From Desulfofustis sp. (GTDB lineage Bacteria; Desulfobacterota; Desulfobulbia; Desulfobulbales; Desulfocapsaceae): a stretch of DNA of 63,054 nucleotides. The notes beneath the pieces were generated by a model. It was not told the origin of the DNA. It did not search any database and worked only from the letters and a program-made list of their open reading frames with translations. Positions 46,075-54,073 of the stretch are shown here, one piece after another. Location of the stretch: positions 1 to 63,054 of the forward strand of contig JABDQA010000028.1 in NCBI GenBank assembly GCA_013042475.1, read 5' to 3'. Made by a program: the position numbers and the translations under genes. The first letter of the stretch is position 1. Each line of letters opens with the position of its first letter.

Positions 46075-46133
46075 CGGTTTTTTTCCTTTACCGCCTGGCG
46101 ACTGTTTTAAAACAGCAGTCGAGACATTGGCAA

Positions 46134-46185
46134 AATGTACATTGACATTAGCATAATTTTTCATATAATATTCATATGTACATAT
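46134..46185 (+). promoter_or_regulatory. sigma70-type promoter of the lexA operon flanked by two ATGTACAT palindromes (candidate LexA operators)
   Basis: TTGACA (46142-46147), a 16-nt spacer, then TATAAT (46164-46169). Palindrome AATGTACATT (46134-46143) overlaps the -35 element, and the 12-bp perfect palindrome ATATGTACATAT (46174-46185) lies just downstream of the -10 element. The lexA ATG is at 46201. Confidence 0.55.
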
Positions 46186-46200
46186 ACATAGGGGCGGATT

Positions 46201-46836
46201 ATGCTTACTGAAAAACAGCAGCATTTCTTCGATTATTTAAAACGGCGGCTGCAGGATGAGGGCCAGCTGCCCAGCCTGCGCCAGGCGGCCAGGGAGCTTG
46301 AGATCAGCCACAACGCCGTGGCCCAGCTTCTGGCCCAATTGGAAAAAAAAGGCATGGTGGCCCGCGAAGGGCGCTACAGCCGGACATTGCGACTGCTGCC
46401 GAGGGATTCCCGGCCGGAGCGAGCTCTCGGCAGGGAACTGCCGATAATCGGCAGGGTTACTGCCGGTATGCCGATGTATGCTCAGCAGGAGTGGGCCGGC
46501 AGCGTGGTGGTCGATGGCAAAATGTTCGGGGGGGAGAGTCTATTCTGTTTGCGCATCAGCGGTAAGTCGATGCGTGATGCCGGCATCTTCGATGGTGATC
46601 TGGCCATTTGTGAACCACGTCAGTATGCCGAAAATGGTGAAATCGTTGCCGTACTGCTGCACCAGGAGGAGGCGACCGTCAAACGGTTCTTCCTGCGGCC
46701 CGACTGCATCGAACTGCATCCCGAGAACAGCGACTATCCGGTGATGCGCTATGGATTCAGCGAGGTTCTGGTGCAGGGCAAAGTGGTCGGCATCGTCAGA
46801 GGCCAGCATACCAGTTTTTCACGGCTGCCAGACTAG
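46201..46836 (+). CDS. lexA: LexA repressor (S24 peptidase)
   Basis: N-terminal winged HTH (LPSLRQAARELEISHNAVAQLLAQLEKKGMV), the Ala-Gly cleavage site VTAGMPM, catalytic Ser in SGKSM, and Lys in ATVKRF. Confidence 0.92.
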   Translation: MLTEKQQHFFDYLKRRLQDEGQLPSLRQAARELEISHNAVAQLLAQLEKKGMVAREGRYSRTLRLLPRDSRPERALGRELPIIGRVTAGMPMYAQQEWAGSVVVDGKMFGGESLFCLRISGKSMRDAGIFDGDLAICEPRQYAENGEIVAVLLHQEEATVKRFFLRPDCIELHPENSDYPVMRYGFSEVLVQGKVVGIVRGQHTSFSRLPD

Positions 46837-46845
46837 TGCAAAAAA

Positions 46846-47703
46846 ATGGAAAACGAGTGCACACCGGGTCCGGCAACGGCGCTGATCCGGGGACAACAAG
46901 CCGGCTCTTCCTGTCTGGTGATGACCGGTACCAGCGGCTATTCCTACCTGGAGTGGGTGGATAGCGGCTTCTATCCGCCCGGAACCAGATCGGCCGCCAT
47001 GCTGGAATTCTACGGGCGCTTTTTTTCGGTGGTCGAACTCAATTACACCTGGTACCAGATGGCCCGTTCCGATGTACTCACCAGAATGCTGGCCGCCGCC
47101 CCTGCCCACATCATTTTTGCCGCCAAGCTGACGCGTACGGTCACCCATGAGCGGGAAGAGGACTGGCGTGAGCAGGTGCAGCGCTACCGCCAGGGAATCA
47201 GCACCCTGGGGAAAAGGCTTGCCGCCATTCTGGTGCAGCTGCCGCCCGATTTCGACCGCACCGTTTCCAACCGCCGTTTTCTCGCTGAACTGCTCGATTA
47301 CCTGCAGGGAATGCCGGTGGCGGTCGAATTCCGTCATGCCTCCTGGGCGGTCGACACGGTGTTTGGTGAGCTCGAGCGCAGGCAGGTCACGCTGGTGAGC
47401 GTCGATGAACCCGACCTTCCGGGTCTTTTTCCCCGTCTCGATGTGGTTACCAATCCGGCCCTGTTCTATGTGCGTTTTCACGGCCGGAACAGAAAGGGGT
47501 GGAAAAACGGCAACATGCAGAAAAAGTTCGATTATGACTACCCTGAGCAGGAGCTGCACCAGTGGTGCGAGCACGAGTTGGGCCCGCTGTCGAGCAGGGC
47601 CAGCCGAGGAATCATCTTTTTTAACAACCACGTGCGAGCCCAGGCGCCGCGCAACGCACTGCTGCTTAATTCGCTGATCGGTAAAAAAGCGGCACGAAGC
47701 TGA
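46846..47703 (+). CDS. DUF72 (YecE-like) family protein
   Basis: GTSGYSYLEW..FYP, FFSVVELNYTWY, ILVQLPPDF, AVEFRH.SW, YVRFHGRN..W and IFFNNH..AQAPRNA follow the DUF72 motif order as I remember it. An alternative start is the ATG at 46921. The stop TGA overlaps the imuB ATG (TGATG). Confidence 0.85.
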   Translation: MENECTPGPATALIRGQQAGSSCLVMTGTSGYSYLEWVDSGFYPPGTRSAAMLEFYGRFFSVVELNYTWYQMARSDVLTRMLAAAPAHIIFAAKLTRTVTHEREEDWREQVQRYRQGISTLGKRLAAILVQLPPDFDRTVSNRRFLAELLDYLQGMPVAVEFRHASWAVDTVFGELERRQVTLVSVDEPDLPGLFPRLDVVTNPALFYVRFHGRNRKGWKNGNMQKKFDYDYPEQELHQWCEHELGPLSSRASRGIIFFNNHVRAQAPRNALLLNSLIGKKAARS

Positions 47704-48884
47704 TGATGAACCACCGACGTTTCATTCTGCACCTCAATGTGGCCGATTTTGCCGTGGCTGTCGAGCGGGTTGTCGATCTGGGGTTGCGTGACAAGCCGGT
47801 CATCGTCGCCCCTCTGCAGGCGGCCCGGGCGGCAGTCTACGACATGAGCGAGGAGGCATACAGGGACGGGGTTCGGAAGGGCATGCTGCTCACCCGGGCA
47901 ACCCGGATATGTCGGGCAGCCCGGGTGCTGCCGCCGCGTTTCGATCTCTACCGTAAGGCCATGGCATCGTTCGTCGACGAGGCCCGCGGCTACAGCCCGG
48001 TACTCGAACACGGCGCCGAAGACGGTCATCTCTATCTCGACATCACCGGCACCCACCGGTTGTTTGGTACCCCTCCCGACGTTGGCTGGCGGCTGCACCG
48101 GCAGATCCGTTGCAAACTCGAAATAGACCCGATCTGGAGCCTGGCCGGCAGCAAACTGGTCTCCAAGATAGGCTCGCGCCTAGTCAAGCCGGTGGGCGAG
48201 TATATCGTGGCCGACGGTGAAGAGCAGCGGTTTCTGGCGCCCCTGCCGCTCCACCTGTTGCCGGGACTGAGCAATGGTGAAAGGCAGCGATTGAGCCAAT
48301 TCAATATTGTCAGAATCGGAGAGCTGGCGGCGCTCAGCAGGATGCAGCTCGAAGGTGTGTTCGGTCGTCGGGGGGAGACGCTTTTCGAACTCAGTCGCGG
48401 CATAGACGAAAACGCCGTCCGGCCTGAGGAAGAACGGCCGCCTCGAGTGGTCCGGGAACATATTTTCAGCGATGACTGTGCCGACCGGACAGTGCTGAAA
48501 GGCGTAGTCGGTGCCCTGGCGGCCCAGCTTGGCATGGAACTTCGCGCTACCCGAATGCAAGCCCGGCGGGTGGGACTGCAGCTCGACTATACGGACGGTA
48601 CCACGGTTTCGAGACAGGCCAGCGTCCGCAAGGGCGTCGCCGATGACGACTCGCTGCTTCGTCTAGCTATGACGGCTCTCGAGCGCAGCCTGACAAGACG
48701 GACCAGGGTGCGCAGCTGCCGTCTGATCGGCGATCGGCTGCATGGCAGATCACCTCAGCTGAAGCTTTTTACCGACCCTGCCACCGGCCGGAAGAAAGAA
48801 CAGCTCCTGACCGCCATGGACCGCATCCGACAGCGGTTCGGGCGGGAGGCTATCCGGATGGGCAGCCAGCCCGTCCTGCATTGA
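47703..48884 (+). CDS. imuB: ImuB-like catalytically inactive Y-family DNA polymerase
   Basis: It aligns by eye to the DinB N-terminus, but the acidic triad is lost: HLNVADFAVAVE versus HVDMDCFFAAVE, and EDGHLYLDIT versus SLDEAYLDVT. It sits directly upstream of dnaE2. Confidence 0.8.
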   Translation: MMNHRRFILHLNVADFAVAVERVVDLGLRDKPVIVAPLQAARAAVYDMSEEAYRDGVRKGMLLTRATRICRAARVLPPRFDLYRKAMASFVDEARGYSPVLEHGAEDGHLYLDITGTHRLFGTPPDVGWRLHRQIRCKLEIDPIWSLAGSKLVSKIGSRLVKPVGEYIVADGEEQRFLAPLPLHLLPGLSNGERQRLSQFNIVRIGELAALSRMQLEGVFGRRGETLFELSRGIDENAVRPEEERPPRVVREHIFSDDCADRTVLKGVVGALAAQLGMELRATRMQARRVGLQLDYTDGTTVSRQASVRKGVADDDSLLRLAMTALERSLTRRTRVRSCRLIGDRLHGRSPQLKLFTDPATGRKKEQLLTAMDRIRQRFGREAIRMGSQPVLH

Positions 48885-48902
48885 TCAGTCCCGGCCCCGG
48901 TC

Positions 48903-51893
48903 ATGGTCCCCCTGCGTGTCCGATCCTGTTTTTCCCTGTTGCGCGGCACTGCCTCGCCCGGTTCGTTGTGCGGGCGGGCTGCGGGCTTTGGCTACACCAG
49001 ACTGGCCTTGACGGATCTGGAAAATCTCTACGGGCTCTGGTCGTTTCTGGCAGCCTGCGAGCGGCACCGGATCAGACCGATCATCGGCACTGAAATCGAA
49101 ACCGGTGCGGCCGACCGGCTGGTGCTGCTGGTGCGCAACGAGGTCGGCTATCGCAACCTGTGCAATATTATCAGCCGCAGGAAGCGTAAAGACAAATTGG
49201 ACGTCAGCGCCGAAACGGCCTCTTTGTATGAGGGGCTCGTACTGCTGAGCAGATCCGAGACCATGCTCAGAACAAGCCGTGCATGTGGACTCGAGGCGGC
49301 GGCAGATCTCGGCAGCCGGCCGACGGAGAATGGCAATAGGCTGAGGCATCTGGCTGCAACTCTTGGAATCCCGGCTGTAGCCGTTCCCGACAGTGACCTT
49401 GGCGCTCCCGGCGAGCACCGCGCTCAGCTTTTATTACGGGCCATTGGTGCTGGAGAGACCCTTGATTCCGGGGGACAGGTGAGGGACCAGGGGCAACCGC
49501 TCGAATCTCCCGAGGTGTATGCCAGCCGTTTTTCCATCTGGCCTGAAACACTCCAGGCCACCGAGGAAATCGCCGATCGCTGTACCTACCGTCGCCCGGC
49601 CGCCGGTTTGCAGATGCCGCCCTGGCAGCAGCACGGCTGCCAATCTGCCGGCGTGGTATTGAGGCAGGAGGCCTACGAGGGAGCCCGGGAACGTTATGGG
49701 TTCACCCTGCCGGACCAGGTTGTCGAGCGTCTCGATTATGAACTGGGCGTCATCGAATCCATGGGCTTTTCTTCTTATTTCCTGGTGGTACGCGACATTG
49801 TCCAGCCGCTGCAGCCGGATGGCACCAGAAAACGCCGCCGTATCTGCGGCCGGGGGTCCGGGGCTGCCTCCCTGGTGGCCTATTGCCTGAGTATCACCAA
49901 TGTCTGCCCTATCCGTTACAATCTCTACTTCGAACGTTTCCTGAACCCGGGCAGAAGCGACCCTCCTGATATCGATATCGATTTTGCCTGGGATGAACGT
50001 GACCAGGTGCTGGCGGAAGTGCTTGGTCTTTTCGGGGAACGGGCGGCGATGGTCTGCAATCACGTCTGTTTCAAGCCGCGTGGTGCAATCCGGGAAACGG
50101 CCAAGGCCTACGGACTGCCGGGCTATGAAATCTCCAGGATGACCAAACGGCTTCCCTGGTTTTTCAAACGCAGCGACCTGAGCCTGCAGGAGCAGATAGC
50201 CACACTGCCGTCGCTCAAGGACCAGGATTTCTCTGGTCCCTGGGCCGAGATAATCGACCGTGCATCCGAGCTTATCGGGCTGCCCCGCTATCTTTCGGTG
50301 CATCCCGGAGGCGTGGTGATCACCGAGGGACCGGTGCATGACTATGTGCCGGTCGAGCAGGCTCCCAAAGGCGTGCCGATCATTCAGTGGGAGAAAGACG
50401 GGACGGAAGAATCCGGGCTGGTGAAAATAGACCTGCTCGGCAACCGGAGCCTCGGGGTGATTCGCGATGCCATCGGTAATCTGCGAAAAAACGGTGCCGA
50501 TTTCTCCGAACAGGGCTGGACTCCCGAGGACGATCTGCAGACCAAGGCGGCGGTCGGCGCCGGAAAAACCATGGGTTGCTTCTATATCGAAAGCCCGGCC
50601 ATGCGGCTGCTCCAGCAGAAGGCGGGAAGCGGAGATTTCGAGCAGCTGGTGATCCAGTCATCGATCATCCGTCCGGCGGCCAACGAGTTTGTCCGGGAAT
50701 ATGTCAGAAGACTCCACGGCGGTGGCTGGGACCCCCTGCATCCGGCCCTGGAGGCAGTACTCGACGAAACGTTCGGGTTGATGGTCTACCAGGAGGACGT
50801 CTCCAAGGTTGCCGTTGCCTTGGCCGGCTTCAGTCACAGCGAGGCGGACGGCCTGCGCAAGGTGCTCTCCAAGAAAGACCGGGAATTCAGGCTCAGGGAT
50901 TATCGCGACAAGTTCTACCGGGGGTGCAGAAAAAACAATATCGAATCGGCCGAAATTGACCGGATCTGGGCCATGATGATGAGCTTTGACGGCTACTCGT
51001 TCTGCAAGCCGCACTCGGCCTCCTATGCCCGGGTATCGTTTCAGTCTGCCTACCTGAAAACCCACTTCCCGGCAGAATTCATGGCCGCGGTGATTTCCAA
51101 CCAGGGCGGTTACTACTCGACCTTTTCCTACGTGTCCGAGGCCAAGCGGATGGGGCTCATCATCGACCCGCCCGATGTCCGAACTAGCGAGTTGTCCTGG
51201 CGCGGCCAGGGCACCAGGATCAGGGTCGGTCTGCAGACCCTGCACGGCCTGTCGCAGGAGACCTGTGAACGCATCCTCGGCTGCCGGAAAGAGCGCCATT
51301 TTCGAAGTTTTTCTGATTTCTTACAGCAGGTGCAGCCGGCCGAGCATGAGATTCGCGTGCTAGTCGACAGCGGCGCCGTGGATGGATTGGACACCAAAGC
51401 AAATCGGAGCCGCCTCTACTGGGAGGCGGCAGCCCGGGAAGTGGGGGCCAGCGCCGCCGGGGGAGCCGGTCTGTTCCCGGTGGTGGAGTTCGACGCCCCA
51501 CCGCTCAGGGATCAGTCACCGATTGAGCGTCTGCGCCGGGAGTACCAGGCCCTCGGTTTTCTCTGCCGGGCTCATCCGGTCAGTCTGATCGGTAAAGGGA
51601 AGGTACACACATGCAAGGGAGTCGATCTGGCCGCCCATGTGGGCCGGACCGTTGACTTTATCGGCCTGCTGCTCACCGGTAAGATCGTTTCCACCAAAAC
51701 AGGGGAGGCCATGGAATTTCTCACCTTTGAGGACGAGACGGCAATTATCGAGACAACTTTTTTCCCCGAAGTATACCGCCGTTATGCCCATATACTGTCG
51801 GCCCAGAAAGTCTACCGCCTCAGGGGCTTGGTTGAACAGGATTTCGGTGCGCTGACGCTTACGGTGGAAAAGATCAGACTGCTAAGTAATTAA
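48903..51893 (+). CDS. dnaE2: error-prone DNA polymerase DnaE2 (ImuC)
   Basis: 996-aa Pol III alpha paralog with a degenerate PHP start (PLRVRSCFSLLRGTAS), the palm/fingers region (PPDIDIDFAWDERD, HPGGVVI, KIDLLGNRSL, FCKPHSASYA) and a C-terminal OB region. No tau- or beta-binding tail is evident. Confidence 0.92.
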   Translation: MVPLRVRSCFSLLRGTASPGSLCGRAAGFGYTRLALTDLENLYGLWSFLAACERHRIRPIIGTEIETGAADRLVLLVRNEVGYRNLCNIISRRKRKDKLDVSAETASLYEGLVLLSRSETMLRTSRACGLEAAADLGSRPTENGNRLRHLAATLGIPAVAVPDSDLGAPGEHRAQLLLRAIGAGETLDSGGQVRDQGQPLESPEVYASRFSIWPETLQATEEIADRCTYRRPAAGLQMPPWQQHGCQSAGVVLRQEAYEGARERYGFTLPDQVVERLDYELGVIESMGFSSYFLVVRDIVQPLQPDGTRKRRRICGRGSGAASLVAYCLSITNVCPIRYNLYFERFLNPGRSDPPDIDIDFAWDERDQVLAEVLGLFGERAAMVCNHVCFKPRGAIRETAKAYGLPGYEISRMTKRLPWFFKRSDLSLQEQIATLPSLKDQDFSGPWAEIIDRASELIGLPRYLSVHPGGVVITEGPVHDYVPVEQAPKGVPIIQWEKDGTEESGLVKIDLLGNRSLGVIRDAIGNLRKNGADFSEQGWTPEDDLQTKAAVGAGKTMGCFYIESPAMRLLQQKAGSGDFEQLVIQSSIIRPAANEFVREYVRRLHGGGWDPLHPALEAVLDETFGLMVYQEDVSKVAVALAGFSHSEADGLRKVLSKKDREFRLRDYRDKFYRGCRKNNIESAEIDRIWAMMMSFDGYSFCKPHSASYARVSFQSAYLKTHFPAEFMAAVISNQGGYYSTFSYVSEAKRMGLIIDPPDVRTSELSWRGQGTRIRVGLQTLHGLSQETCERILGCRKERHFRSFSDFLQQVQPAEHEIRVLVDSGAVDGLDTKANRSRLYWEAAAREVGASAAGGAGLFPVVEFDAPPLRDQSPIERLRREYQALGFLCRAHPVSLIGKGKVHTCKGVDLAAHVGRTVDFIGLLLTGKIVSTKTGEAMEFLTFEDETAIIETTFFPEVYRRYAHILSAQKVYRLRGLVEQDFGALTLTVEKIRLLSN

Positions 51894-51910
51894 CTAGTCT
51901 CCATCTAGAA

Positions 51911-52036
51911 AGGCTCTTTTGGTCAATATCTTTGTTGTGCGTGAAATTTTACCCTCGGAATATTAACTATATGCCTGTGGTAAAATTTCTCGCACGCCTC
52001 GATCTTGAAACAAAAATTCTCGTTTTCGGATGGAAA
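51911..52036 (-). repeat. copy B of the palindromic repeat family (inverted relative to copy A)
   Basis: The perfect 11-bp inner stem GAAATTTTACC/GGTAAAATTTC encloses the loop CTCGGAATATTAACTATATGCCTGT. The reverse complement shares AAATTTTACCACAGGCATAT and ATATTCCGAGG with copy A. It starts 18 nt after the dnaE2 stop. Confidence 0.8.
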
Positions 52037-52285
52037 CTAACGACGCTATAAAATCGGTAGGAGAAAGGAGGGCGATGGGTGTGGCCTGATTAGGTGATTT
52101 GTTGAGCCTTGAAGAAGCCGTGAAATCCTCAACAACAGTAGGATTGGTGTCTTGTCGATTGACCTTCGAGTAGAGATTGTGGTATACCAGAAACATATAT
52201 CTTTGTTGATAATCGTGTGTTTTTCTGAACTGTTACCTATTATAAGGTAATAGTTTCAGATTTCTCTCTGGTGAGGACGGACACC

Positions 52286-53992
52286 ATGCCCGAAGGGCCC
52301 GATGTACGGATGACGCTGAATTACATCATCGATTCCAGCAAATCCACTTTTGGGGATCTCGGTGCCATCGGTATGGCAATGGATCAGCCCGTTACCTACG
52401 AGGAACTGCACGAACGGGTCTGCGCTTTGGCAGCCAGCCTCATGGCAAAGGGCTTGTCCAAGGGTGACCGGGTCGCAATCCTGGCCGAAAACTCGCACCA
52501 CTGGGGCACTGCCTATCTCGCCGTGGTCCGTTTTGGCGGGGTTGGGGTGCCAATTCTTCCTGATCTTCCCGAGGCGGATGTCCATCACATTCTCGGTGAA
52601 ATGAAGGTGAAAGCCATTTTCACCACCCAGCGCCAGATTGAAAAAATCTACGATCTCAGATCCGACCGGCCGGAACTTGTCATTACTCTCGATGACTTTC
52701 GGAGCGCCGAGGGGTTACCCGCAACTGAAACATTCTCTGGATTCCTTGAAGCCGCGCTGGCCGATTACCTGGAACGAGCGCACACCGGAGATCTGATCGA
52801 ATTTCCCGAGGTGGGTGAAGACGATCTGGCTTCCATCCTCTATACCTCTGGTACATCAGGGTTTTCCAAGGCGGTGATGCTGAGTCACAAAAATCTGACT
52901 TCAAATGCCTTTGGTGCGTCGAGGTTGATGGAAATTCCCCAGGGTGCGGTGTTTCTCTCCATTCTGCCGATGTCCCACACCTATGAATTCACCACCGGAT
53001 TTATTCTGCCGCTCCTGCTGGGGGCCCGTATCGCCTACGCCGGAAAAACACCGACGCCGGCAATCCTGCAGAATCTTTGTAAACACGAGAAGCCCTATCT
53101 GATCTTTGCAGTACCGCTGGTACTCGAGAAGATCTATAAAAAAAGGGTGCTGCCCAATATTGAGAAAAGCTGGTTGCTGAGGTTGCTCTGCAAGTTCAAT
53201 CGCGGAAGAAAAATCGTCCACCGCAAGGCGGGCAAGAAACTGACCGAATTCTTCGGCGGCAACCTGGCCATGATGGGAATTGGCGGAGCCTCCTTGAACC
53301 CTGAGGTGGAGCAGTTCCTGGTAGAAGCCGAGTTTCCCTACCTGGTCGGCTATGGACAGACGGAAACGGCGCCCTTGATCGCAGGGGGACCTTTCGGTGA
53401 CACCACCATCGCCCTCGGTTCTACCGGCAAGCCACTACCGGGGGTGGAGGTAAAAATAGAAGATGTCAATCCGGAGACGGGCATTGGCGAGATCCATGCC
53501 CGGGGCCCCAATGTCATGGTCGGCTACTATAATGATGAAGAGACCACGGCCGAGACCATCAGCCTGGAGGGCTGGCTGGCCACAGGCGACCTGGGGATGC
53601 TGGACGAGCAGGGCAACCTGCACATCATGGGCAGGTGCAAGAATATCATCGTCATGGCCAGCGGGGAAAATATCTATCCGGAGGCCATCGAGCACAAGAT
53701 AAACGCCTATCCCTGGGTGGTCGAGTCTCTGGTGGTTGAGGATAACGGCAGGCTCATCGCCTGGGTGTATCCCGATTATGAGTATATCGACGAGATCACC
53801 GCCGGTCAGATGAGGACTCAGCGGCGTGACTACCTGGATGGTCTGCTCGAAGAACTGCGCCGCGAGGTGAATGTGGGCCTGGCTTCCACTTCGAGACTGG
53901 CCGAGGTATTCGAGCGAAGGGAACCGTTCATTAAAACGGCAACCCACAAAATTAAGCGTTACTTGTACGACAGGTATGCTAAAATAGCATAA
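52286..53992 (+). CDS. fadD: long-chain fatty acid-CoA ligase (AMP-binding superfamily)
   Basis: AMP-binding motif YTSGTSGFSKAVMLSHKN, plus GYGQTET, TGDLG and a C-terminal ATHKIKR. I prefer the ATG at 52286 (GAGGA 7 nt upstream) over the GTG at 52271. Confidence 0.85.
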   Translation: MPEGPDVRMTLNYIIDSSKSTFGDLGAIGMAMDQPVTYEELHERVCALAASLMAKGLSKGDRVAILAENSHHWGTAYLAVVRFGGVGVPILPDLPEADVHHILGEMKVKAIFTTQRQIEKIYDLRSDRPELVITLDDFRSAEGLPATETFSGFLEAALADYLERAHTGDLIEFPEVGEDDLASILYTSGTSGFSKAVMLSHKNLTSNAFGASRLMEIPQGAVFLSILPMSHTYEFTTGFILPLLLGARIAYAGKTPTPAILQNLCKHEKPYLIFAVPLVLEKIYKKRVLPNIEKSWLLRLLCKFNRGRKIVHRKAGKKLTEFFGGNLAMMGIGGASLNPEVEQFLVEAEFPYLVGYGQTETAPLIAGGPFGDTTIALGSTGKPLPGVEVKIEDVNPETGIGEIHARGPNVMVGYYNDEETTAETISLEGWLATGDLGMLDEQGNLHIMGRCKNIIVMASGENIYPEAIEHKINAYPWVVESLVVEDNGRLIAWVYPDYEYIDEITAGQMRTQRRDYLDGLLEELRREVNVGLASTSRLAEVFERREPFIKTATHKIKRYLYDRYAKIA

Positions 53993-54073
53993 GATACCGA
54001 TATTACAGTCGGTAAACTTGCCGCTGCGGCGGTGCAGCCGGGGCGGTCAACCAACTAGCAGAGGGAGAACCGT

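Noticed and set aside
25161-52036. Idea that inverted repeat copies A and B delimit a 26.8-kb invertible or mobile segment.
   Set aside because: The interval holds ordinary housekeeping genes (pepP, moaA, typA, glgX, lexA-dnaE2). The repeats are only about 130 bp and imperfect, and no recombinase or transposase is associated. Small dispersed intergenic repeats explain the data better.
51963-52196. 77-aa minus-strand ORF between dnaE2 and fadD.
   Set aside because: It overlaps repeat copy B, has no SD sequence and no recognisable motifs, and has a low-complexity composition. It is likely non-coding.
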